From positions 1 to 36,210 of the forward strand of contig JAVKIJ010000026.1 in NCBI GenBank assembly GCA_031459535.1: a DNA stretch of 36,210 nucleotides, read 5' to 3'. This document shows positions 7,801 through 17,398 of this stretch, in pieces. A model generated the notes under the pieces. It was not told the DNA's origin. It saw nothing but the letters and a program-made list of their open reading frames with translations, and searched no databases. Made by a program: the position numbers and the translations under genes. How positions within the stretch are numbered: position 1 is the first letter of the stretch; every line of letters starts with the position of its first letter. The DNA comes from Candidatus Fervidifonticultor quintus (lineage in GTDB: Bacteria > Sysuimicrobiota > Sysuimicrobiia > Sysuimicrobiales > Humicultoraceae).

Positions 7801-9021
7801 CTAAGGAGATCCCTGGGCGAGAACCTCACCGTAAAGCTGCGCCACGGCTCCAGCGATGACGCGGACGTCAAAGGCCCTGACGCGGTTCAGAGCGTTACGG
7901 GAAAAAGTCTCCCGAAGTTGTTCGTCTTCCAGGATCATCTTGATGGCTCCGGCTAAAGCGTCCGATCGCCTGGGAGGAACAGTTAGGCCTGTCACACCGT
8001 GCGGGCTGGCCCACTCAACTCCGGTGCCCAATTCCGTGTTCACTACCGGCACCCCTCGGGCCATCGCCTCTAACTGGACGATGCCGAAAGCCTCCGTGCG
8101 CTCCACCGAAGGGAGGACGAAGACATCCGCGATGTCATAGTACGAGCCCAGATTCAGGTCCGACACGGCCCCAACCAAACGGACTCGCCGGGCAAACTGA
8201 GGACCGCCTGACACAACTCGATCACGGATGGCGGCCTTCAGCGGGCCGTCACCGACCAAGACGAGTGTTCCGCGAATCTCGCGCATCGCGTCGACTAGAT
8301 ACTCCAATCCTTTGTAGTACACAAACCGTCCGACGAACAGGACGATCCTCTCCTCCGGAGAGATGTTGAGTTTCATCCGGAGCTGCCGCGCTGCCTCGGG
8401 ATTGCCTCTACGGTGACGCGTAAGGTCTATGGGCGGGGGAATCACGACGCACTTTCCCAGAACAGGGCGCAGGTGCTCCGACTGCATGTAGGGTGGCGAC
8501 GACACGATGATCCGGTCAGCCCGCTCGACGATCGACCGTAGCAACGGCAGATAGACCCATTGGAGCCGCTTTTGCCGCACGACATCGCTGTGGTAGTGCA
8601 CGATGGTTCGCGTACGCTGCAGCACGGGTGCTGCAGCCATCGCTGCAGCTGCGCCCAAAGGAAATGGCATGTGCAGGTGAACGAGCGAGTACTCGCGTGC
8701 TAGGCGAAAGAAGGCGGCCAGGAAAGTTGGAGAGATGGGCATCCCCATCGTCATTCCAAGACTAGCACAGCGGATGACAGGGACGCCGTTGACACGCTCA
8801 TGGCCGCCAAGGCCTCGGGGGGAGCAGCAAAGCACTGTAGCCTTGACTCCCTCATAACGGCACAGCCCTTCTGTCAGATCCTGCACAACCCGCTCTACGC
8901 CTCCGATCCAGGGGTGGTACAGCTTGTTTACGTGCAGGACGGCCTGCCGGCTATCCATGGCACACCGGGTGTCCACCACGCGGTGCGTTTCCCGTGCTTC
9001 GGTGTGAGGGAATTCAGTCAT
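7801..9021 (-). CDS. Glycosyltransferase family 4 (alternative start 8958)
   Basis: KLYHP.IGGVE, FVGRFVYYKG and VLPS..TEAFGIVQLEAMA.G.PVV; ATGACTGA overlap with the upstream stop. Confidence 0.92.
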   Translation of the reverse strand: MTEFPHTEARETHRVVDTRCAMDSRQAVLHVNKLYHPWIGGVERVVQDLTEGLCRYEGVKATVLCCSPRGLGGHERVNGVPVIRCASLGMTMGMPISPTFLAAFFRLAREYSLVHLHMPFPLGAAAAMAAAPVLQRTRTIVHYHSDVVRQKRLQWVYLPLLRSIVERADRIIVSSPPYMQSEHLRPVLGKCVVIPPPIDLTRHRRGNPEAARQLRMKLNISPEERIVLFVGRFVYYKGLEYLVDAMREIRGTLVLVGDGPLKAAIRDRVVSGGPQFARRVRLVGAVSDLNLGSYYDIADVFVLPSVERTEAFGIVQLEAMARGVPVVNTELGTGVEWASPHGVTGLTVPPRRSDALAGAIKMILEDEQLRETFSRNALNRVRAFDVRVIAGAVAQLYGEVLAQGSP

Positions 9022-10576
9022 CGTGGAACGGAATTCGCCCCGACCGCCGGACATGCCAGATCCGTGCCGCTCGTGCGGCGTGAGCGACGAGACCAACCGC
9101 GGGCATCGTACCTTGAACACGCTTCTCCCAATTCCACTTGCCCCAGGTCAGCAAGAGCCAGGTCAGAGGAAGACGGATGGGGAACCCTCCGAAATAGGGT
9201 GGAGTGACCGGCCAACCAGGAGCGATCCGGCGGTGAAGCATGGCCATGTAGATACCGTTGAGGTACGTCAGCCATAGGTCAAGCAGGGGTTTCCATCCAC
9301 ACCGCGCAGCTTCTCTCGTGATCGCTGCCCAATCGATTGATTGCATATCACTTAACCGTTTTACCTGAATTAGATCGAATAGCGTGATGACTGCAGTCTC
9401 GTGTGTGGAGTGAGCAATAACCAACAGGATCTCCGCCTCTCCCGACGGGTAATAGAGTGCATCCCGGGAAACTGCCCGCTCCCAGAGCCAGGCCTCACCT
9501 ACCGTCTCCATTGCGGCTTCATGTACGCCCCCAACATACAAGTCAACTGGCAGCAGGTCCGGCGCCCGCCACTCCCACTTCTGCTGTTCCACTTGCCGCA
9601 GCCTGCCATGTTCGGCTAGGATCTCGGCGAGCCGCCTTCGATCGGTGTCCGGAACGATCACATCAACGTCCGATGGCAGACGAGGAACCGGAGAGGATAG
9701 AAAGGATTTGATAATCATCAGCCGGAGACTGTGACGCCTGCAGGTCTCGTTCAGCCACTCCACCGTCTGGGCCCACCGACCATAACGATCGGACACATCG
9801 CGAAACTCTGTCTGGCCGTCACCCCTGGCCTGGGCGATGGCATACGCCAGTCGGTTTCTCCGTGCCACACGAATGACATCCGCCTTGGGGGGTTTCAGCA
9901 CGGCGAGGAGGCTCGCCCGTCGCGTTCTTACCTCAGGATCCAATAGCCCAAGCAGCGTCAGGGTAGCGGCGTCGAGCCTTGACCTTTGACTGATCAGATC
10001 GAGCAGATCGGCCAGGCCCCGAGCCAGCGCTTCGGGGCTCTTTGCCCCGTCGAAAGGGTACACTACAGCCGGCGCCTGTCCGAGCACCGCCATGTATGCC
10101 TCTGCCTGGCGCCGCAGGTACTCAAGCCCCCATTCTGGCTTGCGGTCGCGAACGATCTCCGGGCGCACGTCGACGTAGACCACGCCGTCCACGCGCGGCA
10201 TCAGCCGCGCGAGCCAGGCTAGGAACCGCCGGCCGGAAGTCGCCACGCTGTGCAGATATACCAAGTAGTCGTAAGGACACCGGTCGCACAACACTATCCC
10301 TGGACGATGGCGGAGATGCCGAAACCAGACGATCCAGGCATCCAGCAAGAACAGCCCCGCTTTCACCCAGAGGACGAGCAGACCCGGCCGCGGGGGAGTA
10401 TCGCGGTACGCATGGTCGTGGGCACGGCCTCGGTGCCAGGGACTCGCCCGACGGAGCACTGGGAGGATCCCCTCGGCGTCGGGATAGTGAACGACCTCGA
10501 CCGGCAAGATCTCCCGGAGTCGCTGCAACACGGTGGTCTTGCCACTGCCTCCCAGGCCAGTTACGGCAACGATCAT
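9014..10576 (-). CDS. Fusion of a thymidylate-kinase-like P-loop kinase and an NTP_transf_5-like nucleotidyltransferase
   Basis: N-terminal IVAVTGLGGSGKTT, VLCDRCPYD, VYVDV.PE....RK.E; C-terminal MIIKS...PSDVDVIV, PVDLY, H..HE and DW. ATGA overlap with the upstream gene fixes the start at 10576. Confidence 0.75.
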   Translation of the reverse strand: MIVAVTGLGGSGKTTVLQRLREILPVEVVHYPDAEGILPVLRRASPWHRGRAHDHAYRDTPPRPGLLVLWVKAGLFLLDAWIVWFRHLRHRPGIVLCDRCPYDYLVYLHSVATSGRRFLAWLARLMPRVDGVVYVDVRPEIVRDRKPEWGLEYLRRQAEAYMAVLGQAPAVVYPFDGAKSPEALARGLADLLDLISQRSRLDAATLTLLGLLDPEVRTRRASLLAVLKPPKADVIRVARRNRLAYAIAQARGDGQTEFRDVSDRYGRWAQTVEWLNETCRRHSLRLMIIKSFLSSPVPRLPSDVDVIVPDTDRRRLAEILAEHGRLRQVEQQKWEWRAPDLLPVDLYVGGVHEAAMETVGEAWLWERAVSRDALYYPSGEAEILLVIAHSTHETAVITLFDLIQVKRLSDMQSIDWAAITREAARCGWKPLLDLWLTYLNGIYMAMLHRRIAPGWPVTPPYFGGFPIRLPLTWLLLTWGKWNWEKRVQGTMPAVGLVAHAARAARIWHVRRSGRIPFHDD

Positions 10577-11310
10577 CCGCGTCGTCCCGTCGTCGGATCC
10601 GTTCCCGTACGCAACCGCCGATCGGACACCACGAGCACCAGAAAGAGTATGGAAGTGTAGAGGACCAGCCAGGGGAGGAGCAGAAAGATATACTCCAGCC
10701 GACCTGCCACGGCCAGTATGATGTAGACAAGAAAGTGCTTCGTTCGGTTGTACCCAGCGAGGTTCTTGAGATCGCGTTTCCATCCGCTTGCTGTGGGGAA
10801 GAAGCTTGCCGCTCCTGACATGTAGTGCCAGAACATGAAGGCATGTGCCCAGAACAGCAAGGGTCCTGCCGCCGATGCAAGAACGAGCCAACCTGGGGGA
10901 ACGGACACCATCAGAGCCGCCAGAAGGAGGATGAGCTCCCCTAACCTGTCCAGGAAACTATCCAGATAGGCACCGCGCATCGACGAAAGTCCCTGGGCCC
11001 GGGCGAGATCGCCATCCAACTTGTCGAGAAAGTAGGCGAGGTATAGGGTTGCCGCCGTCACCGCCCGGCCCGCTATTCCAACAGGGGGAGCGGTGAGTAT
11101 GATGGCGCCCGCTGCCGCAACCGTGGTGAGCAGGCTCATCATCGAGACGTGGTTCGGGCGGAGGGCTGTTCTCGCCAGCGCGCGAGCCAGCCGGCGCGAA
11201 CCCCAACGGAACAGCAGCCGCTCCTCGGGAGAGCTGTAGGTCAGGGAGGACGCGCCCGGCTGAATCCCAGCAAGGGACGGATCAGGCGAGAACATCGTAG
11301 ATTCAGTCAT
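10573..11310 (-). CDS. CDP-alcohol phosphotransferase family membrane protein (alternative start 11343)
   Basis: PNHVS motif and complete signature DKLDGDLARAQGLSSMRGAYLDSFLDR; multiple TM segments. Confidence 0.9.
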   Translation of the reverse strand: MTESTMFSPDPSLAGIQPGASSLTYSSPEERLLFRWGSRRLARALARTALRPNHVSMMSLLTTVAAAGAIILTAPPVGIAGRAVTAATLYLAYFLDKLDGDLARAQGLSSMRGAYLDSFLDRLGELILLLAALMVSVPPGWLVLASAAGPLLFWAHAFMFWHYMSGAASFFPTASGWKRDLKNLAGYNRTKHFLVYIILAVAGRLEYIFLLLPWLVLYTSILFLVLVVSDRRLRTGTDPTTGRRG

Positions 11311-12184
11311 CTGGGCTGCCGGTACCAGGGCCGAAATGGGCATGTACTGGCGGGGCGGCCATCTCTGCCAATTGCATCAGGGACATGTAGCGCACGGTGA
11401 AGTTACCGTGCAGCAGCCTCAGCACCTGCCGCAGGTTCGCCCAGCTCCGATCCGTGATACCGTTTTCCATTCTTTCCCACCCGTACCGATAGACCATGTG
11501 CCCCTTGGCGAAGACAACCCCGCGCTGCGCGGCAAGCCGAAGTGCGACCTGCGGCTCTTCAACGATGCTGTAATTCTGTGGAGGGATCAACATGCCTTCG
11601 ACGGTACCGACCGAGGAGATGCGGAGCCGTGAAGGGAATGGCGAAAACACAGCATATTGCAGCGTCTTGAGAGCCTGAATCGTGCCACCGGACACCCCCC
11701 AGCCCGGCGGCCGGAAAGCTTTGATGAAGGGAATTCCGGCTTCTCGAAAGATCGCTTCAGCGCTCTGGAGCCGCCAGAGCGCCTCCGTCTCATCTGCGTC
11801 GGCGAACTCCTGGCCGTGTGCGTACCTGGAGGGGTTGCAATGCGTGTACCCGTGCACGGCGACCTCCAAGCGGCCTTGCGACGACAGATCGCGGACGACC
11901 GCGCACCAGCGCGGGTGGCGATCTAGCCGATAGGGCTCCTCGGTCAGCGGCTGCACAACCGGCCTACCCAGAAACTCCTTTAGGAGGTACCAGGGTCGCG
12001 GCCCGCGCCGAGGCTGATCCTGCCAGTTAGGTACTGTGAACAGTGTGATCACCAGCCCGGGAAACTCGTCGAGCAGATGTCGCAGCCGCCGGAAGGCTCC
12101 GCGATCCGGATCACCCCCGAAGTCCGGGTTGACCTGGGGATGGAAATCGTCGAAGTTGAGATTGAAGTAGACGATCTCAGGCAA
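11303..12184 (-). CDS. Polysaccharide deacetylase-like (NodB/DUF2334) protein
   Basis: FDDFHP, TLFTVP, EVAVHGYTH and FRPPGW motifs; TTG start overlapping the upstream stop by 8 nt. Confidence 0.8.
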   Translation of the reverse strand: MPEIVYFNLNFDDFHPQVNPDFGGDPDRGAFRRLRHLLDEFPGLVITLFTVPNWQDQPRRGPRPWYLLKEFLGRPVVQPLTEEPYRLDRHPRWCAVVRDLSSQGRLEVAVHGYTHCNPSRYAHGQEFADADETEALWRLQSAEAIFREAGIPFIKAFRPPGWGVSGGTIQALKTLQYAVFSPFPSRLRISSVGTVEGMLIPPQNYSIVEEPQVALRLAAQRGVVFAKGHMVYRYGWERMENGITDRSWANLRQVLRLLHGNFTVRYMSLMQLAEMAAPPVHAHFGPGTGSPDD

Positions 12185-13331
12185 TATTGGCGCTCCGAAC
12201 GTGATGCTCCAGGACTTTCTGATACAGTTGAACGGTTTGCGAGGCGATCACATCCCAGGTAAACTCACGGGACAGGGCTTGGCCTCTTTCTCTGAGGAAC
12301 TGAGCCAGATCGGAGTCCTGCCACAGACGCTCGATTGCCGTCGCAAGCGCCGTGACGTCTCCAGGCGGAACGAACCAAGCTGCTCCGGCGGAGATAAGGT
12401 GGTCAGGAGTCCAACGAGTTCTCGTAGTAATGACTGCGGTTCCGGCAGCCAAGGCCTCGAGCAGGGTGCTGCGGCGCAAGGTGGCCCCTTGCGGATAGGG
12501 CAGGCAGGCGATGGAGCATCGCACCAAGCGCGCGGCCACCTCTTCTGACGACAGGCAAGGATACCAGACGACCTGGTCCGCAATCGCGAGGCGGTCGGCC
12601 AGATCGCGGAGGTGGCGGTGGTAGCGCTGGTGCGGATCAAAGGCGCTGAGGATGTGCAGGCGCACGTGCCTGAGACGCGAAGCGACGCGGGCCACTGCCA
12701 TGAGCAACACTTCCAGGCCCTTACCGGGGTAGAGAATCCCAAGGTAGGCGAGAGCATGCGCCTCTCGTGAAGGCTGGCCATTCCGCAAGGCTTGTTCGAT
12801 CGGAAGTGTCGGCCCAATCGGGATGTGGTGAAATCGGGCCTTGGCGCGAGGGAATAGCCGTCGGGCAATGTCCAGGTCACGAGGATTGGGAAAGATAACG
12901 TGCTCCGCTCCAGCAATGAGCGCAGCCCCTCGCGCGAAGCTGAGCATACGGCCCTCGGTGAACTCGTGGAGTGTCAGCAGTACGGGTGCGCGCCGGTAAG
13001 TCATCCGAAGAAGAGGAAAGAGCAGGACGCTGCGCAGGCGATCTCGCCGCACCGGTAGCTGGACATGGACGACATCCGGACGGATTTGCTCTAACCGATC
13101 GCTCACCAAGCGCCAGTGAAGCGGACTCGCGTCAAGAGTGATCACCCGAGGATCGTCGGGGTGCAATCCCCGACCCCCTCCCTGCCCGTGCTCCCAGGTG
13201 ATCACGGTAACCTCGACCCCTTGAGCCACCAGTGCCCGTGCAAGGAAGGCGGTGTGGAATCCCACGCCGCACTGTACCGGAGGGTACGTGCCGGTGACCA
13301 AACTCACGCGTAAAGGACGGCCTTCAATCAT
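12177..13331 (-). CDS. Glycosyltransferase family 4
   Basis: VTGTYPP..CGVG, TLHE, GILYPGKGLE and TLLEALAAG motifs. Confidence 0.9.
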   Translation of the reverse strand: MIEGRPLRVSLVTGTYPPVQCGVGFHTAFLARALVAQGVEVTVITWEHGQGGGRGLHPDDPRVITLDASPLHWRLVSDRLEQIRPDVVHVQLPVRRDRLRSVLLFPLLRMTYRRAPVLLTLHEFTEGRMLSFARGAALIAGAEHVIFPNPRDLDIARRLFPRAKARFHHIPIGPTLPIEQALRNGQPSREAHALAYLGILYPGKGLEVLLMAVARVASRLRHVRLHILSAFDPHQRYHRHLRDLADRLAIADQVVWYPCLSSEEVAARLVRCSIACLPYPQGATLRRSTLLEALAAGTAVITTRTRWTPDHLISAGAAWFVPPGDVTALATAIERLWQDSDLAQFLRERGQALSREFTWDVIASQTVQLYQKVLEHHVRSANIA

Positions 13332-14334
13332 AGGTGACCATCCGGGACACCCGGCCGCTGAAGAGCAACGCTCCTAGTCGACCATAGGCTGCCGCGCGAG
13401 CCCGCAGAAGAAGCAAAAGCGGAAATACAGCCACCAATGCCATCTGCCGCCGGCGCAGCGCCAGAAACCAGGCTTCGCGGGATTCAGCATGCACGAGAAT
13501 TGGACCGATGCTCTCCGCCAACAGGCCGACGCCGCCCGCAGCGACGAGAATCGGTGAGGCCAAAACGCCAAACGCTAAGAGGAGAGGAGCCATCGTCATA
13601 TAGGTATTCCATATGAGGAAAACCGCCATACGCCATCCACGGGGCCAGAACCCCCAACGCTCCATGAACCGGCGACGAGTCAGGTTTCCCCGGAAGACCC
13701 TCCGCAGGAATCCGCGCAGTGTGTGCGGATCGGCATGGTAAAAGTGGAGGTCGGGGGCCCAGACAACTCGCAGACCGGCCTGCTCAATCCGCAGAGCGAA
13801 GTCGGCGTCGTTTCCGATCGTGCAAGCGGGGTCGTAATAGCCTATCCGCTCGAAGACTTCCCGCCGCACCAGGTGACACCCGTAAGTTGGCCGAACTCCT
13901 CGCCGCCGAAGCCGGTAAGTCGCTTCACGCCGAACTCGAGCATAGTCAGCAATCAAACCCCTCACTTCAGGATGCACTCGAATCTCCCCACAGGAGACCG
14001 CCATAACCTCGGTGTCCCGGAAATATGCGAGGCCGCGCTCGACATACTCGGCTGGGTAGACAGCATCGGCTTCTCCATGTACGATGATCTCTCCTCGCGC
14101 CGCTTGTGTGCCTGCCGTCCGAGCCGCGGCTTCCCCCCGACATCGGTCGTGACGGATAACCCGCACGGGATACCGCGATGCCACGTCGGGTGTGTTGTCC
14201 GAAGATCCATCATCTACCACGATTACTTCGATCTTCCTGTACGTCTGGTTCAGAAACGACTCCAACGAGCGATTGATCCACCACGCCTCGTTATGGGCAG
14301 GGATAACAACGCTGACCAACGGGTGGTCGGTCAT
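13324..14334 (-). CDS. Glycosyltransferase family 2 with C-terminal TM helices
   Basis: VSVVIPAHNE, VVDDGSSD, EAD and GYYD..D.DFALR; ATGA overlap fixes the start at 14334. Confidence 0.9.
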   Translation of the reverse strand: MTDHPLVSVVIPAHNEAWWINRSLESFLNQTYRKIEVIVVDDGSSDNTPDVASRYPVRVIRHDRCRGEAAARTAGTQAARGEIIVHGEADAVYPAEYVERGLAYFRDTEVMAVSCGEIRVHPEVRGLIADYARVRREATYRLRRRGVRPTYGCHLVRREVFERIGYYDPACTIGNDADFALRIEQAGLRVVWAPDLHFYHADPHTLRGFLRRVFRGNLTRRRFMERWGFWPRGWRMAVFLIWNTYMTMAPLLLAFGVLASPILVAAGGVGLLAESIGPILVHAESREAWFLALRRRQMALVAVFPLLLLLRARAAAYGRLGALLFSGRVSRMVTYD

Positions 14335-14999
14335 ATCGCACGCGCGACGATCCATAAAGCGCGGAGCATTAGATATCCCACGTACTTCGCCAGGGTTCGC
14401 GCGGTGAGCTGCCAGGGAGTATCCAACGAGTGAAACACCTTTAGGGTTCGAAATCCCACTCTTTCCATTTCTCCCAGGTAAACCCTTGCGGGATAGTAGT
14501 TCGTTTCGGCAACCTTGCGGCGGTAGTAGACCGCTCGAGCCATGTTCCCCAATCGATTGAGTAGCGTACCGGTCCGGACCACTAGGATTCCGCCTGCGAC
14601 CAAGACCCGACGACACTCCCATAGAGCAATACGCATGTCCTCGACGGCCAGATAGTTTAGAACGCCCAAGGCAGCGACGCCGTCAAAGACTTGATCTCTG
14701 AAAGGCAGCGCCCGTGCATCGGCGACCACGCACTTTCCACTCCTCCAGGCCTTAGCACCGCCTGAAGGGATATGTGAGTAGTCAAGGTAATCGCATCCAA
14801 CCACTCTCACGGAAGCAGTAGGCAGGGCCTCAATTAATCCACCCGTCCCGCATCCAATGTCCAGGACCGAACGACAGTCGTTCCGCTGGAGAATGGCCGC
14901 TGCTTTGCGATGAACCGGGGAGACAGCCGCCGACGGCCGCTGCCGGAGGTAAACATCTCGGTAACGATCCGCGGGTAACGAGCTACCGCGGCGAGCCAT
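14331..14999 (-). CDS. Class I SAM-dependent methyltransferase
   Basis: VLDIGCGTG, ADARALPF...FD and RVLVAGG motifs; TGATG overlap with the upstream stop fixes the start at 14999. Confidence 0.88.
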   Translation of the reverse strand: MARRGSSLPADRYRDVYLRQRPSAAVSPVHRKAAAILQRNDCRSVLDIGCGTGGLIEALPTASVRVVGCDYLDYSHIPSGGAKAWRSGKCVVADARALPFRDQVFDGVAALGVLNYLAVEDMRIALWECRRVLVAGGILVVRTGTLLNRLGNMARAVYYRRKVAETNYYPARVYLGEMERVGFRTLKVFHSLDTPWQLTARTLAKYVGYLMLRALWIVARAI

Positions 15000-16135
15000 C
15001 AGTGAGGCCGCCCTTCTAGCGGACGCATCGCGGCCAGACTCAGCCCTGCGAACAATGCTAGCTGCAACCTCGATCCGCCTGCCACGTAGCCAAACGTTAA
15101 CAGGATTGCCTGCACGATGAACGCTAGCCGGAGGCTCATCAACCACACGGAATCCGAGTGAAATGTACTCCGGCGCCATACGATCCAGCAGAGCGTTCCA
15201 AACCAGGTCAGCAGTGCCAGGAAGCCGATCAGTCCGGTTTCCGCAGCTGTCTGCAACCAGACGCTATGTGGAGCGAGGTTTGGCGTCATCCCATGACCCT
15301 CAGGAAAGATCCCAGTATATAGGAGATACCTGCCAAAGTTCTCCGCCCCCACACCGGTGAGCGGCTGGGAAACAAACATATCCCACGCTGCGCGGGCCAA
15401 CTCAAGCCTTAGACTTATCCGCAGCACCTCCGTTGCTCTCGCCACCAAAACCTCGTTTAGAGCACCCCAGAGCAGGGCTAGCACGACGAGAACAACACCG
15501 AGACCGGGCCTTAACGACAGGGAGGTCACCGCCTCAGATCTTCCGCGCCACAGCAGGTACCCCAGAGAAGCGACCAAGCCTGCTGCTGCGGTTCGTGAGA
15601 GCGAAAGAAGCGTCAGGGCTAGGCAAACGAGCCCCATGAGCCTGCCCCAGCGCCTCGCTCGAAATGGAGCGGTCAGCACGACCACCAAGAGAGCGTCGGC
15701 TCCCGAGATTCGCCTAAACGCAGTTAGAATGACACTGCTCCGTGGCCACGAAGTAAATTCTCCGGAAAAGTATGGGCGAACGAAGTCGAGATAGAATGTC
15801 CCCACAATGGTAAGCAGTGTTGTGAGGATCAGGATGATCCAGATCTGCTGGAACCGCCTCATCGAGGAACAGTAGGTCAAGACAACCCACGATAGCCCGA
15901 TGATTTCCACCCACTTCAGCACTCCCTTGAGAAGGACCGCGCCGGGGTCCATCGCCACCAGACCCGAAATCAGGATTGAGCCCAGGACCGCGCTGCTGGC
16001 CACCGCATAAGCTCCAATCGCCGCTTTGTTCGCTACCGTCATACGCGCACGAATCGAGGTAGACAGCAGGATCAGTGCCATTGGCAGGGCGATGAGTTCT
16101 AGGACATGAACGTTGACATTGCTAATCTCCAACAT
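14999..16135 (-). CDS. O-antigen ligase/Wzy-family polymerase
   Basis: Polytopic membrane protein with LSLSRT, R..L...AW.MF..PLTGVG..NF and PHS.WLQ..AETGLIG; sits in a wzx/wzz locus, so Wzy role inferred. Confidence 0.85.
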   Translation of the reverse strand: MLEISNVNVHVLELIALPMALILLSTSIRARMTVANKAAIGAYAVASSAVLGSILISGLVAMDPGAVLLKGVLKWVEIIGLSWVVLTYCSSMRRFQQIWIILILTTLLTIVGTFYLDFVRPYFSGEFTSWPRSSVILTAFRRISGADALLVVVLTAPFRARRWGRLMGLVCLALTLLSLSRTAAAGLVASLGYLLWRGRSEAVTSLSLRPGLGVVLVVLALLWGALNEVLVARATEVLRISLRLELARAAWDMFVSQPLTGVGAENFGRYLLYTGIFPEGHGMTPNLAPHSVWLQTAAETGLIGFLALLTWFGTLCWIVWRRSTFHSDSVWLMSLRLAFIVQAILLTFGYVAGGSRLQLALFAGLSLAAMRPLEGRPH

Positions 16136-16144
16136 CGCCGCTCT

Positions 16145-17398
16145 TCAATCCAGTGTCAGCGATGGACCATGCGCCGTCCGGTCGGAAGCACCGAGAGCAC
16201 GTCCGAAAATATCGATCATCTGTCGAGCATATTTCTCCCATGAGAATGTCATCTGCACAAAACGCTGTCCTGCTCTCGCAAGGCGCAGGCGTAGCATATC
16301 ATCTTCAGCGACCTTGCGCAACTGTCGCGCCAACTCTCCAGGAGCCCTGGGAGGAAAGAGGAGAGCAGTCTCGTCCTCTGTCAGGACTTCAGCCACACCT
16401 GCTCCTGTAGACACGACGGCGGGAGTGCCCGCCGCCATAGCTTCTAAAGGTCCCAGTCCCCAAGTCTGGCGCTCATTCGGGAAAACGAAGACGCTCGCCA
16501 GCTGATAGAGAGCGATCAGTTCCCGCTCATCCAGTAGCCGGTCCAAGAAGTGGATGTGATCGGCGACCCCCAGCTGCTTGGCGACCTCTTGCAACATTCT
16601 TTTGTATTGAGGGGCGTACACAAAAGTCCCAGCAATGAGGTAAGAGATATCGACGCCATGGGCCCGAACCTGCGCAACAGCTCTTATAGCATCCTCAAAG
16701 CGACGATGCGGGTATGCAACACCAAGGGAAAGGCACCGGAAACGGCCATCCAGCCACCGTCGGACAGCGTCGTCAGCGAAATCGATCGCTAGGGGCGTTG
16801 CAAGTTTCTGCCACTCCACTCCACTGCGAACAATCGCTGCTGACCTGCCGTACAAGCGGGCGACAATCTGGGCGCTTTGCTGATCCAGGACGGCAATCTC
16901 CGCCACCTTACTGACGAAACGTCGGTGGTAGCGCAGGTACAATGCCGAGACAGGCGTTGGTTCCTCGTGCCTTTGGAATCGGGTCAAAGGGTCATTACAC
17001 ATCCAGACGATAGGAACGCGAAGGCGACGTGCAGCCAAGACGACTGCGGGCTCTACGAATAGCCCGTGAGGGTTTAAGATTCTTACATTAGCAGGAAGCA
17101 GTTGAGAGAGCCTCGATCTCCATAGGAACGCACGCGCGAGACGAGTGAGTTTGTCACGGACTCCGGCCCCGAGCAAAACCCTACTTGGGCGACTTTCGCC
17201 ATTCCCTGCCTGTACCCGTTTCAAACTAACGATCTCCAGGTCCTTGCAGATCTCGGGAAAACAACTATCAGGTGCATAAAGATATGTGTAGACCGTGGCC
17301 TTCCAGCCAAGATGTTGCAGTGTCCTGGCCAGCATGAGAAGTTGCCGCGTCTCCCCGCCCCGACCGATCAGATATTCTGCCAGAATCGCGACTCTCAT
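16145..17398 (-). CDS. Glycosyltransferase family 4
   Basis: GGE.RQ N-terminus and FVFPN..QTWGLGPLEAMAAGTP; ATGA overlap with the flippase stop. Confidence 0.9.
   Translation of the reverse strand: MRVAILAEYLIGRGGETRQLLMLARTLQHLGWKATVYTYLYAPDSCFPEICKDLEIVSLKRVQAGNGESRPSRVLLGAGVRDKLTRLARAFLWRSRLSQLLPANVRILNPHGLFVEPAVVLAARRLRVPIVWMCNDPLTRFQRHEEPTPVSALYLRYHRRFVSKVAEIAVLDQQSAQIVARLYGRSAAIVRSGVEWQKLATPLAIDFADDAVRRWLDGRFRCLSLGVAYPHRRFEDAIRAVAQVRAHGVDISYLIAGTFVYAPQYKRMLQEVAKQLGVADHIHFLDRLLDERELIALYQLASVFVFPNERQTWGLGPLEAMAAGTPAVVSTGAGVAEVLTEDETALLFPPRAPGELARQLRKVAEDDMLRLRLARAGQRFVQMTFSWEKYARQMIDIFGRALGASDRTAHGPSLTLD

Noticed and set aside
9014-10576. Lasso-peptide/RiPP tailoring role for the NTP_transf_5-like domain
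   Set aside because: No precursor peptide, PqqD/RRE, B2 protease or asparagine-synthetase-like cyclase in the window; the context is entirely glycan biosynthesis.
9011-11311. Identical GATGACTGAAT at two gene junctions (about 9012-9022 and 11301-11311)
   Set aside because: Largely explained by the shared ATGnnTGA 8-nt overlap constraint; used only to choose start codons.
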